Below, in pieces: positions 7,787 through 16,702 of a stretch of 32,000 nucleotides of DNA. The number at the start of each line of letters is the position of its first letter. The stretch's first letter is position 1. The notes under the pieces are model-generated. The model saw only the letters and a list, made by a program, of their open reading frames with translations. It was not told the DNA's origin and did no database searches. Where the stretch lies: contig NC_015931.1 in the NCBI RefSeq assembly GCF_000223395.1, positions 750,001 through 782,000 on the forward strand, given 5' to 3'. The position numbers were made by a program, and so were the translations under genes. This DNA comes from Pyrolobus fumarii 1A (GTDB lineage: Archaea; Thermoproteota; Thermoprotei_A; Sulfolobales; Pyrodictiaceae).

Positions 7787-8734
7787 TCATGTCCGGCTCT
7801 GCGACACCCTCTCCAACAACCAAGGGTATCGTTGAATACTATCAGCCGCTATGCTCGCAACCACGGCATCTGAACCCAATTCCTGCGCCACTCGCATCGC
7901 TACCCAGAGAGCGGCACCCGTTGACGGCCCTGCTAGTATCCCCTCCTCGCGCGCAAGACGAAGCGCTGTCTCCTCGGCGACACTGGCTGGTACCTCGACT
8001 ATCTCATCAACTACGCTTTCATCGAAATTCCTGGGCTTCTTGTAATCACCTGCCAACCCCTCTATCCTATCAGCTGCACTGCCGCCAGGCCCCCCGGCAA
8101 TAGGCGAGCCTCTCGGGACAACAGCGATTATTCTCACGCGCCTGCCGAGCCTTTCACGTAGAAATCTACCAACACCAGTTATCGTTCCACCAGTGCCAAC
8201 ACCCATCACAAACGCATCAATATGTCCACCCGCCTGCTCGAAAAGCTCTGGACCCGTGGTCTCGTAGTGTGCACGAGGATTGGCAGGATTGCTGAACTGG
8301 TCGAGATAGTATCCCCCGACTTCGTTAGCCACCTCCTTCGCAGTTTCAACCATCTCGTCCATGTTAGCTGTCTCGACGAACCTAACGTCTGCCCCAAGGG
8401 CCTGCAGCAAACCTATCTTAACGCTGCTCGTTGTACGGGGGACTATTATGACGGCACGTAGACCCAGGAGGCGAGCAACCCATGCTACCGAGACAGCCGT
8501 GTTACCGCTACTAGCCTCTACGACCGTATCCCCGGGTTGCACCTTTCCACGCTCAAGAGCGTCTTTGATCATATAGAGTGCTATGCGATCCTTGTGGCTT
8601 CCCGTGGGGTTCATGTACTCGAGTTTCACGAGTATTCTGGCGCTATTAGGGTCATGTTTACGGAGCCAGACTGCAGGGGTACAACCAACAAGATGCAAGG
8701 GGGTATCTTCTACACGCGTTGCACACATCCGCAT
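7787..8734 (-). CDS. PLP-dependent cysteine synthase / O-phosphoserine sulfhydrylase family (fold type II)
   Basis: PLP-lysine motif MNPTGSHKDR. The SSGNTAVSVA loop, glycine-rich GVGTGGTITG phosphate-binding loop and 315-aa size are all typical of CysK/CysM/CBS-core enzymes. Confidence 0.92.
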   Translation of the reverse strand: MRMCATRVEDTPLHLVGCTPAVWLRKHDPNSARILVKLEYMNPTGSHKDRIALYMIKDALERGKVQPGDTVVEASSGNTAVSVAWVARLLGLRAVIIVPRTTSSVKIGLLQALGADVRFVETANMDEMVETAKEVANEVGGYYLDQFSNPANPRAHYETTGPELFEQAGGHIDAFVMGVGTGGTITGVGRFLRERLGRRVRIIAVVPRGSPIAGGPGGSAADRIEGLAGDYKKPRNFDESVVDEIVEVPASVAEETALRLAREEGILAGPSTGAALWVAMRVAQELGSDAVVASIAADSIQRYPWLLERVSQSRT

Positions 8735-8847
8735 AGAGCTTCAGCCTAGTCACAACATGCTAATATAGCGAGTGATAAAGATGGGACGGTAATGCCCCGC
8801 GGGAGAACCACTTGATATAGCGGGCGTCTCCGCCCACCCGAGATACA

Positions 8848-8855
8848 CTTTTATC
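8848..8855 (+). promoter_or_regulatory. TATA-like box (CTTTTATC) plus SD (GGAGGT at 8879-8884) for the ATPase c-subunit gene
   Basis: The A/T box lies about 42 nt upstream of the ATG. A GGAGGT sits 9 nt upstream of the ATG. Confidence 0.45.
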
Positions 8856-8893
8856 AAGTAGCCGGCAGCTGGTCGAACGGAGGTACCGACACA

Positions 8894-9256
8894 ATGAGCA
8901 AGGAGAAGGTTTTGAGGCGTGCACAGCTACTAGTCAAGCTAGTATCAATGTCGATACTCGCCATGCTAGCACTATCGGCGTTCTTGATAGCGAATGGCGT
9001 ATCTGCCCTAGCTGCCGCCGCTGCCGGCGATGTGGCTAGCGCCTCCAAGGGTCTCACTCTAATCGGCGCTGGTCTAGCTGTAGGCCTTGCCTGTATCGGT
9101 GGCGGCTATGCTGTGGGCCAGGCTGGCGCAGCTATGATCGCCGCCATGACTGAGAAGCCAGAGTACTTCGGTAGGATGTTCATCATCCTCGTGCTGGGCG
9201 AGGGTATCGCGCTATACGGTCTGCTAATATCTATACTGCTGTGGATCAGCGCGTAA
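8894..9256 (+). CDS. atpK: A-type (A1Ao/V-type) ATP synthase proteolipid, subunit K/c
   Basis: Glycine-rich helix GAGLAVGLACIGGGYAVGQAG and the ion-binding helix ILVLGEGIALYGLLISILL with conserved Glu. An extra N-terminal hydrophobic helix is present, or the start is internal at M19. Confidence 0.88.
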   Translation: MSKEKVLRRAQLLVKLVSMSILAMLALSAFLIANGVSALAAAAAGDVASASKGLTLIGAGLAVGLACIGGGYAVGQAGAAMIAAMTEKPEYFGRMFIILVLGEGIALYGLLISILLWISA

Positions 9257-9267
9257 AACACACACCG

Positions 9268-9273
9268 TTTTTT
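9268..9273 (+). terminator. Oligo-T tract (TTTTTT) downstream of atpK
   Basis: A T6 run lies 12 nt after the stop codon. Archaeal RNA polymerase terminates at oligo-T tracts. Confidence 0.5.
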
Positions 9274-9363
9274 AAAAGGCCGTCGTAACATCTTTCTACC
9301 ATCCCATGTGCCGCGTATGCCAGCTTATAACTTCGTGTATGCCGTTGCCTTGCGGGGGTATGT

Positions 9364-10812
9364 GTGGCTGAGCGACGACGCTGGAGTGAAGAGTTTCCAC
9401 GTTGGTTTGACTGGGTTCTCGAGGCGGCCGGTATCTACGACTGGAGCCACTACCCAGTGAAGGGCATGGGGGTTTGGCTCCCTTACGGCTTCAAGATAAG
9501 GCGGCTAGTCACTGACCTAATCCGGAGACTTCTAGACGAAACGGGCCACGATGAGGTTCTCTTCCCGCTTCTTATACCCGAGCATTTGATGAGAAAGGAG
9601 GCTGAGCACATCAAAGGGTTTGAAGCAGAGGTCTACTGGGTGACTAGGGGCGGTATCCAAGAGCTTGATGTGAAGCTCGCCCTTAGGCCGACTAGCGAGA
9701 CCGCAATAACCTACATGGAGAGCTTCTGGATCAAGAGTTACAAGCAGCTACCAGCCAAGTATTATCAGATAGTGTCCATCTTCCGCTACGAGACAAAGGC
9801 CACGAGGCCGCTCATTCGTCTCCGCGAGGTAACGACGTTCAAGGAGGCTCACACGGCACACGCGAATTTCGACGATAGCGAGCGCCAGGTGTTAGAGGCT
9901 ATAGACGTCTACAAACGATTCTTTGACGCGCTCGGCATACCGTACCTCATATCAAGGAGGCCGGAGTGGGACAAGTTCGCGGGCGCCGTCTACACGATAG
10001 CGTTTGACACGATAATGCCCGACGGTAGAGCACTACAGATAGGCACTGTACACAACCTAGGCCAGAACTTCTCGAAGGCGTTTGATGTGAAGATACAGCT
10101 GCCCGACGAAACACTAGATTACATCTGGCAGACTAGCTATGGTCTCTCTGACCGCGTGATAGCAACAATAATAGCTATCCACGGTGACGACCGTGGTCTT
10201 GTACTTCCACCCATTGTCGCACCTATACAAGTCGTCGTTGTTCCCATACCGGCTAAGAGTGAGGAAGAGACGAGAAAGGTACGAGAGTACATCGATAGTA
10301 TTGTTGAGGAGCTTCGGGAGAAGGGTGTAAGAGTCTACGTTGACTGGAGGAGTGACGTTACACCAGGCTACAAGTTCTATGATTGGGAGCTAAGGGGCGT
10401 CCCGGTGCGTCTTGAAGTCGGTCCGCGCGACGTTAAGAACAGGACTGTAGTTGTCGCTAGGCGCGATACCCTAGAGAAGAAGACGGTGCCACGCGACCAG
10501 GTCATCAGTGAAGTGCTCCACCTGCTTGATGATATAGGGCGTAATATGAGAGAGAAGGCGTGGAAATGGTTCCGGAGCTATGTGCATCGCAGCGAGTCTC
10601 TTGATGAGGCTCGAAAGTTGCTAGAGGAGAAGAGAGGCATAGTCGAGGTGCCATGGTGTGGACGCGAGGAGTGTGGAAAACGTATGGAGGAGTTAACTGA
10701 CGCCAAGGTGCTAGGTTCCCCGCTGCAACCACCTGAGTGGGTGAGAGGCGCCTCATGCCCCGTATGTGGTAGACCGGCAGCGACGTCGCTGAGGCTTGCT
10801 AAGAGGTATTGA
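9364..10812 (+). CDS. proS: Prolyl-tRNA synthetase, archaeal/eukaryotic type
   Basis: The N-terminus [30 protein letters not shown], class II motifs (FRYE, ...[11 protein letters not shown]), anticodon-binding domain, and C-terminal zinc domain (CGREECG...CPVCG) ending in a terminal Tyr are hallmarks of archaeal-type ProRS. GTG start. Confidence 0.96.
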   Translation: MAERRRWSEEFPRWFDWVLEAAGIYDWSHYPVKGMGVWLPYGFKIRRLVTDLIRRLLDETGHDEVLFPLLIPEHLMRKEAEHIKGFEAEVYWVTRGGIQELDVKLALRPTSETAITYMESFWIKSYKQLPAKYYQIVSIFRYETKATRPLIRLREVTTFKEAHTAHANFDDSERQVLEAIDVYKRFFDALGIPYLISRRPEWDKFAGAVYTIAFDTIMPDGRALQIGTVHNLGQNFSKAFDVKIQLPDETLDYIWQTSYGLSDRVIATIIAIHGDDRGLVLPPIVAPIQVVVVPIPAKSEEETRKVREYIDSIVEELREKGVRVYVDWRSDVTPGYKFYDWELRGVPVRLEVGPRDVKNRTVVVARRDTLEKKTVPRDQVISEVLHLLDDIGRNMREKAWKWFRSYVHRSESLDEARKLLEEKRGIVEVPWCGREECGKRMEELTDAKVLGSPLQPPEWVRGASCPVCGRPAATSLRLAKRY

Positions 10813-10822
10813 GGTGCGCTAC

Positions 10823-11791
10823 ATGAGACGTATATTGTTGCGTAACTGCGCCGGGGTCGTAGAGGCCTTCGAGCCCTGGGTTTATCGTCGTGGTCCTCTC
10901 GACGTGTTAATTGAGGAGGGTAGGCTCACCATAGGCGATAACAGCCACGCCGATGTTGTGATTGATTGTAAAGGCGAGCTTGTAGCACTTCCATGCTTCT
11001 TTGACGCCTTTCACGCCCCTCGTGTACGCAACGGAGACTGGTTGGATGAGATACTTGCCGACCCGGCTAGCGACTATAACCCTACTCACGTGGCTTCAGA
11101 GCTTGCTCGCCGTGGGTACTGCGGCGCCATACTATACTCGTTGGAGGGTGGGGGCGAATACAACGGCGTTAAACTTGTGACGCCCTCGAGGATCGTGACG
11201 CCAGATGCGCGCGTGATAGGCGACGACCGTGACGGCATGGTTGTTGCGGCGGTCGCGTTGACTAGGCGTAGCGTTTACACCTGGCGTTCTAGGTTTGGCG
11301 CCTTTCCTGTGGAATGGCTAGAACGTAACAATCTATTGAAGGGCGTCGTTGTTGGGTCGTGGATTGCTAGTTGGGAAGTCGAGGCTGTCAAGAGAAACGA
11401 GTCGATTATCGCCGTTTTACCCTTCGCTCAGGCGTTCTTCCGGGGAGGTTTGCCACCGCGACCAGCATACATGGATGTGATGGCCCTTGGGACTGGCGGG
11501 TTGACCGCCGATGCGTGGAGTAACTTGATAGCATTTGGCGCCATGATGGAGGCCGCATACTGGAGCAGCATACCTCTTGAGAAGCTATTCTCAGTTGCTT
11601 TACGTGCATCAAAACTGATCATAGGACGCGAGGTGAAGCTAGTTAATGGTAGTGAAGCGTTTCTACAGTTAGTCGAGCTTAACGAGCAACTGGAGGATAT
11701 AAGGCCCATGTCACTGTTAACTGCCCGGCCACGCGTTATTGCCACTATCGCTGGAGGTTCGATAGCGTATGTCGACACGAGGTGGTTGTGA
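10823..11791 (+). CDS. Amidohydrolase-fold protein lacking the canonical HxH metal site (likely non-catalytic or neofunctionalised)
   Basis: The N-terminal pattern ILLRNCAGVV...DVLIEEGRLTIG...ADVVIDCKGELVALPCFFDAFHAP mirrors the amidohydrolase entry strand-loop (PGFIDxHxH), but with FHAP in place of HxH. The C-terminal ...ATIAGGSIAYVD matches the closing beta-sandwich. ATG at 10823 is preferred over the track start at 10796, which overlaps proS. Confidence 0.75.
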   Translation: MRRILLRNCAGVVEAFEPWVYRRGPLDVLIEEGRLTIGDNSHADVVIDCKGELVALPCFFDAFHAPRVRNGDWLDEILADPASDYNPTHVASELARRGYCGAILYSLEGGGEYNGVKLVTPSRIVTPDARVIGDDRDGMVVAAVALTRRSVYTWRSRFGAFPVEWLERNNLLKGVVVGSWIASWEVEAVKRNESIIAVLPFAQAFFRGGLPPRPAYMDVMALGTGGLTADAWSNLIAFGAMMEAAYWSSIPLEKLFSVALRASKLIIGREVKLVNGSEAFLQLVELNEQLEDIRPMSLLTARPRVIATIAGGSIAYVDTRWL

Positions 11792-13080
11792 TGAAGTTGC
11801 GTCTGTTGCCGCCAGCCGAAGGCGCAAAATTACACTTTAGGCTACCTGGGTCGGTGTGGAGCGGGTTAGTGCTGCTCTCGGCTGCTTTGGCGGCAGGCGG
11901 CGGTATTGTGGAAAGGATCCCACCGCAAGCGCTGCATCTCTTCCAGGTATTCGCGTCAAAGTTGGGCCATAGCGTGGAGGTTGAGGGGGATAGAGTACGT
12001 GTGGAGTATGTCCCGGGCCGTGCTGGAGGCGAAGCTGTCATAAACGTTGGGTGTAGTTTCGACTATGCCACCTTCATAGGCGTTGTTGCTGGCGCCGTAG
12101 CCCCGCCAGGCATGAGAGTGACGCTGAGAGGTTGCGAGGAGCTTGTTGAGGCGGATTGGAGGCCGTTGTTGGAGGCGGTTGCGGTCTATGGGGGTAGAGC
12201 TTGGCCTGCCGGTTCTCCTTCATCCCTTGTGATCATAGAGTCTGTGGGGAGAGGGAGACTGAGAGCCGGCCTATGGCGCGTCATGAGGCGCGAGGATACA
12301 GTGGCACACATCGCCGGGCTGATTGTCGCGGCGTTAGCCGCACCTGCAAGGACGTATGTTCTTGTTTGGCCTCGTGACCCACCAGCAAAGTCAGATATCG
12401 ATCCCGCGGTCTATGCTGCCGAGAAGCTAGCTAGCATTGAGTACTCTCCGGCGTATAACCGTTTCAGCATCGAGCCTGGTGAGGGCGGCGAGAGGCTAGT
12501 CAATAGGCCGGAGTGCGCACTAGCACTTCACCTAGCTGGGCTAGCCGCAAGCGGCTACACTGTTACGCTGAAGGCTTGGGAGGCTGGCAACACTCCCTAT
12601 GAGCCAATTGGCTTGTCTAAGATGATTCTCGAGCAGCTTGGCTACAAAATATCCATCAATAGTGGCGAACTCGTAGTCTCGGGGGTTGAGGAGCAAGTTA
12701 GGAGCAAGTTCTGGCTACTAGACTACCCCGAGTATGCCGCGCCGCTCTTGACCTTGGCAGCGGCTCGTAGGGGAGAGGCTACAGTAGAAGATGTGCCCAA
12801 GAGCTACCGTGACGATGCTGAGGAGGTTATTGGTTTGCTGGCGAGCCTGGGTTATAGTGTCGAGTCCGGCCCAGAGAGACTGCGCGTAATGGGCGAGCCC
12901 CAGTTGCTACCCAGCGAGCCCGTGGCGACATGCACATCTCCGCATGTATTGCCCGCTGCGGCCACGCTCGCCGCCACAGCCTCTACTACAATCCTTGTAG
13001 AGAGAGCGGAGTGCCTATCCAGGATATGGCCCGAGTTCTACCATGATGCAGAGGCAGGAGGCCTTGCAAAGAAACTATAA
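11791..13080 (+). CDS. EPSP-synthase-fold (AroA/MurA-like) protein with the active-site residues replaced
   Basis: Collinear with AroA along its whole length: LPGSVWSGLVLLSAALAAGG aligns to LPGSKSxSNRALLLAALAxG, INVGCSFDYATF to LGNAGTAMRPL, SYRDDAEE to VKETDR, and CLSRIWPEF to CTAKTFPDY. Nearly all substrate-binding Lys/Arg/Ser/Asp positions are substituted. The ATG at 11791 shares 1 nt with the upstream TGA (TGATG). Confidence 0.8.
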   Translation: MKLRLLPPAEGAKLHFRLPGSVWSGLVLLSAALAAGGGIVERIPPQALHLFQVFASKLGHSVEVEGDRVRVEYVPGRAGGEAVINVGCSFDYATFIGVVAGAVAPPGMRVTLRGCEELVEADWRPLLEAVAVYGGRAWPAGSPSSLVIIESVGRGRLRAGLWRVMRREDTVAHIAGLIVAALAAPARTYVLVWPRDPPAKSDIDPAVYAAEKLASIEYSPAYNRFSIEPGEGGERLVNRPECALALHLAGLAASGYTVTLKAWEAGNTPYEPIGLSKMILEQLGYKISINSGELVVSGVEEQVRSKFWLLDYPEYAAPLLTLAAARRGEATVEDVPKSYRDDAEEVIGLLASLGYSVESGPERLRVMGEPQLLPSEPVATCTSPHVLPAAATLAATASTTILVERAECLSRIWPEFYHDAEAGGLAKKL

Positions 13081-13780
13081 CATTCTTGATATGCTTCTCA
13101 GCATCAATCCTCACTCCTTCGAAGAGAGGTTCAAGAGTGCTGAACGTAGTGTCGAGACTATGCTAGAGCCACCGATAGCAGTTAGGCTAGATGGTGTAGG
13201 TTTTGGTAAGGCACTTGCAGGCTTCAAATGGCCACGCGACTATCGCGTACATCTAGCACTTCTTGATGCAGCCTCAGCGCTCTTAGAGAGAATGAACGGC
13301 AGAATGGCTTACATCGGAAGCGACGAGATAAACATAATAGTGATGGACGAGTTGCCTTACTCCGGCCGACTTGAAAAGATAGTTAGCATATCTGCTGGCT
13401 TAGCCTCCTCCATAGTTTCGCTCAAACTATCGCGCAACCTCTTCTTTGATTCACGTGTCGTTCCTCTACGAGATGAGCGTGACGCGCTAGAGTACCTCTT
13501 GTATCGCGCCAGGATAGTATTCAACAACTACGTTAATAGCTTGCTCAAGGCGCATGGATTTAGAGTCGAGAGTCTCGATGGGCATTTGATTGACAGGATT
13601 CGCTTGGCTAGGAGTGCAGGGTTAGACCCGCTACGCGAGCCTTGGGCTGCGCTAGGCTCCTGCATCTATAGAGTCACGACAAGACGACACATAGAGCCTA
13701 TAGGGATTGCTGTTGAGCGTCGACGCGTTATAGAAGTAGATGGCCCCTGCCTACCTGACATCGTCCTCAAAGGATACTAG
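13043..13780 (+). CDS. Thg1-like protein (TLP), tRNA-His guanylyltransferase family 3'-5' nucleotidyltransferase
   Basis: Family motifs VRLDGVGFGK, KWPRDYR, AYIGSDEINIIV, SGRLEKIVSISAGLASS and FFDSRVVP are present. An alternative ATG at 13091, 11 nt after the upstream stop, is equally plausible. Confidence 0.88.
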   Translation: MMQRQEALQRNYNILDMLLSINPHSFEERFKSAERSVETMLEPPIAVRLDGVGFGKALAGFKWPRDYRVHLALLDAASALLERMNGRMAYIGSDEINIIVMDELPYSGRLEKIVSISAGLASSIVSLKLSRNLFFDSRVVPLRDERDALEYLLYRARIVFNNYVNSLLKAHGFRVESLDGHLIDRIRLARSAGLDPLREPWAALGSCIYRVTTRRHIEPIGIAVERRRVIEVDGPCLPDIVLKGY

Positions 13781-14212
13781 GTATCGAGGCGTGCCGTCCC
13801 AGCCCCTGCGCCAGTCGTATGGGAGTACCGTAGCGAGTACGCGGGGACGAAGAGGCGCTAGACTAGTCTCGTCAAGATCCACCCATAACACCTCAATGTG
13901 ACTCTCCTGGGGCTCTGGTTCACCATCAGCGCCGCACTCGAAGTAGAAACCTACTTCGTGTATTATCTTACCACGTCCCCTGTAGAACGCCTCTATGATG
14001 TAGAGCAGTTTTCTCACATCTATCTCCAGCGCGAGTTCTTCAAGCATCTCTCTCTTGAGACACTGGATTATCGTCTCGCTGTTTGCTACACGGCCTCCCG
14101 GGAGCCTATAGTGGCCTTTCTTGCCCCGCTGAACTAGTAACCGCCCCCCACGTATTATGATGCATCTCGTCGACACTAGTACGGCGTGCCGGGCTGGCAC
14201 AATTCTGCCCAC
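13751..14212 (-). CDS. Nudix hydrolase
   Basis: Nearly perfect Nudix box GRVANSETIIQCLKREMLEELAL (Gx5Ex7REUxEExGU with the last G replaced by A). 153 aa. The 3' end overlaps the TLP gene by 30 nt (convergent). Confidence 0.9.
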   Translation of the reverse strand: MGRIVPARHAVLVSTRCIIIRGGRLLVQRGKKGHYRLPGGRVANSETIIQCLKREMLEELALEIDVRKLLYIIEAFYRGRGKIIHEVGFYFECGADGEPEPQESHIEVLWVDLDETSLAPLRPRVLATVLPYDWRRGWDGTPRYLVSFEDDVR

Positions 14213-14372
14213 CTCGTCTACTCAGCCAATCCCTTGTAAGTGAAACGGGGTCAGCGCTCAGCTTGCTCGCCATCACCCTCGGTCTAGGACGCCCTCGTCA
14301 CACATCGGCTCGGGGTCTATCCTCACCGGGCTCAGCCCCGGTGTACACATCACACCCTATGCTCCTCGACCC

Positions 14373-15257
14373 ATGCAAGGGTTTAACGGTTTGACCAGCG
14401 CCTCACGGGCATATGCAGCCGTTGCTATTGGCGTCTTTGCCGTCTGGTGGGCAGCCGTCCTAGTAAAGTTGGCTAGCGTCGACCCACTAGTAGCAGCATG
14501 GTGGAGGTTTACCATAGGCTCTGTTGGCGCCTGGATAGCATACAAGTTGGTTAGCCGCAACACCAGGCCCATACTGCCGCCATTTACGTTAACACTGCTT
14601 GCCGGTTCCCTACTCGCACTCCACATGATACTGTGGTTCGCGAGTCTCGAACTAGCAACAGTGCTAGCTTCAACGGCACTTGTCTGCACGTACCCCGTTT
14701 TCACCGCCCTTTTCGAGAGCGCCACAGGCATAATATCATGGACTCGTAGCCTAAGCATAACCCTTGTTATTCTAGCTGCCATCACGTTCACAGCTTCAGG
14801 AGTTAATCTCGAGGCCGTGATATACGCTATAGCATCTAGCCTAGCTGTTACCGGCTACTTTCTGCTACTACGCTATGCGAGAGTGAAGGGATACCCAGCC
14901 ACATTATTAGCAACGACGACATACGCCACTGCCGCGATTATCACCACGCTTGCCTCTCTAGCACTAGGAGTCAACCCGCTAGCAGCACCTTACCGTTCAA
15001 TACCCTACCTTGTAGCTCTCGGCTTAGTGCCTATGCTTGTTGGCCACACACTACTCAACTACGCACTTGCATCACTCCCAGCAACAGTGGTAACCGGCGC
15101 TGTACTCACCGAGCCCCTCGGCGCCGCACTACTAGCGTATCTAGTGATAGGCGAGAAGCCACCATTGGAACACGTACTATACTCCCTACTCGTGCTCATA
15201 GCTGCTATTATCGCCACTTTTCCGCCGGGCCACCGAGGAACCTCCAGTCGCCACTAG
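14373..15257 (+). CDS. EamA/DMT-family transporter (10 TM)
   Basis: Two repeated 5-TM halves with glycine/alanine-rich helices and a conserved W-rich first helix (AVWWAAVLVKLA). 294 aa. Confidence 0.88.
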   Translation: MQGFNGLTSASRAYAAVAIGVFAVWWAAVLVKLASVDPLVAAWWRFTIGSVGAWIAYKLVSRNTRPILPPFTLTLLAGSLLALHMILWFASLELATVLASTALVCTYPVFTALFESATGIISWTRSLSITLVILAAITFTASGVNLEAVIYAIASSLAVTGYFLLLRYARVKGYPATLLATTTYATAAIITTLASLALGVNPLAAPYRSIPYLVALGLVPMLVGHTLLNYALASLPATVVTGAVLTEPLGAALLAYLVIGEKPPLEHVLYSLLVLIAAIIATFPPGHRGTSSRH

Positions 15258-16524
15258 TTACTATCTCCCTACCCACTAGCACCGCAAACCTCTCTAGTAT
15301 AGACTCGACGAGATAGGGGTAGAGCCTTCGCGACACGTCCCATAACTCGAAGAGGTGCATCGCCGGACACACTACACATCCTATCCTCGTCAACCCCTTA
15401 TCGTAAAGCGGGTTTGTGGGAAGACCTTTCCACGCGAGGTATAGCTGCACCTCCAACCTACTCCATTCGTATATCGGGAAGGCCCTCCGTGCAGTAGGCG
15501 CGACGGGACTACTAGTCACGCTGCCGAGCATCATACGAGCTTGACTCTCAAAGCCTCTTACACCCTCTAGTATGAGCCGCGGCCGCACGTGCTCATAGAA
15601 TCTCTTGAGCGCCTCTATCTTGAGCTTAGCCGTGCACCATCTTCTATCCCTGCTAGGCGGCCCCTCTCTGGGCAATTCACGCCAGAACACGCCACCCGAC
15701 TCGACAACCACGAAATCAACGCCAAGCTCCGAGGCTATTTTCTCGGCATAGTGGAGTGTATCTGGAAACTCTATGCCAGTGTCCACGTAGACGGCAGTCA
15801 CCCTATCAGCGCCGAAAGCCTCAACCGCTATGGCAAGAGTTGCCGTGGAGTCAGCACCCCCGGAGAACGCAACATAGACCTTCTTGTTTGGGCCTGGGTC
15901 AAGCCTCTGCGCAAACCCTACAGCCTCTCTCTCAAGGCTCTTGAGATACGCTTCATTACGCTCGACTAGTTTCTCTATGCCAGTGTCGGACAGAAGACGG
16001 AACCCCTTAGGCGCCATATCCCTGACCTTATAGATTCCTGGCCCTACTCTCACAGCAGGCCCGACATGGCTACCAGATTCGACAATTACATGCTCCCTAT
16101 CCGAATCTAGCCTTATCTTCTTAGACTTGAGGCGTCTCCTCGTCTCTACCCTGACCGTTTCGGCACCAATACTCACGAGTATGGAGGCCAGAGCGCCCGT
16201 AGCATGGAGAACCCAGCTTCTCCCGCGATATTCGAGCACACCTAGTCGCAATCCCTCGCCATACACTGCAACCGCGAACTCGCCGAGCGACACGCGATTG
16301 AATAACAAGAGGCGATTATCACTGTACTCTACACCGTACATGTCTCGGATCAAGTTAGCGAATACTCTTCTCTCGTAGCGGCCTGGCAGCCACACGTCAC
16401 TATCAAACCTATAATGATAGGCCTTCTCGCCAATGGGCTTGCTAAACAGCAACGTGTTATCCTCGATACTCCACCAGATCTCTTTGACTAGCTTCCTTCT
16501 AGGCCCCGCCACTAGCTCATCCAC
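15208..16524 (-). CDS. PP-loop ATP pyrophosphatase of the PAPS-reductase family with a roughly 200-aa N-terminal extra domain
   Basis: PP-loop motif VAFSGGADSTATL. The RRWCTAKLKIEALKRF segment is typical of the PAPS-reductase (CysH-like) fold. C-terminal GCVVCP. The N-terminal 200 aa is beta-rich (PUA-like by composition only). Confidence 0.88.
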   Translation of the reverse strand: MDELVAGPRRKLVKEIWWSIEDNTLLFSKPIGEKAYHYRFDSDVWLPGRYERRVFANLIRDMYGVEYSDNRLLLFNRVSLGEFAVAVYGEGLRLGVLEYRGRSWVLHATGALASILVSIGAETVRVETRRRLKSKKIRLDSDREHVIVESGSHVGPAVRVGPGIYKVRDMAPKGFRLLSDTGIEKLVERNEAYLKSLEREAVGFAQRLDPGPNKKVYVAFSGGADSTATLAIAVEAFGADRVTAVYVDTGIEFPDTLHYAEKIASELGVDFVVVESGGVFWRELPREGPPSRDRRWCTAKLKIEALKRFYEHVRPRLILEGVRGFESQARMMLGSVTSSPVAPTARRAFPIYEWSRLEVQLYLAWKGLPTNPLYDKGLTRIGCVVCPAMHLFELWDVSRRLYPYLVESILERFAVLVGREIVTSGDWRFLGGPAEKWR

Positions 16525-16702
16525 CTGCTAATGACCGGTGGATACAAGTGGGGGTAATTGGGGCGTCAGTGCTCCGCGTCTCACCACCATTCAGCTCCAA
16601 AGGTCCTCGTCATCCGCCCCTCTACGCGTCTATCAAGCATTAAAGCCAATGGTTTAACTTCTACCTTGTATACCGGCTAGCAGCTATTCGGGTAAGGAAG
16701 AC

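Noticed and set aside
7394-8103. Cluster of ORFs (7394-7693, 7429-7683, 7511-7744, 7608-7823, 7624-8103) around tRNA-Ser
   Set aside because: All of them overlap the tRNA-Ser gene or are antisense to the ANL ligase or cysteine-synthase genes. They are Pro/Arg/Gly-rich translations of GC-rich structured RNA sequence.
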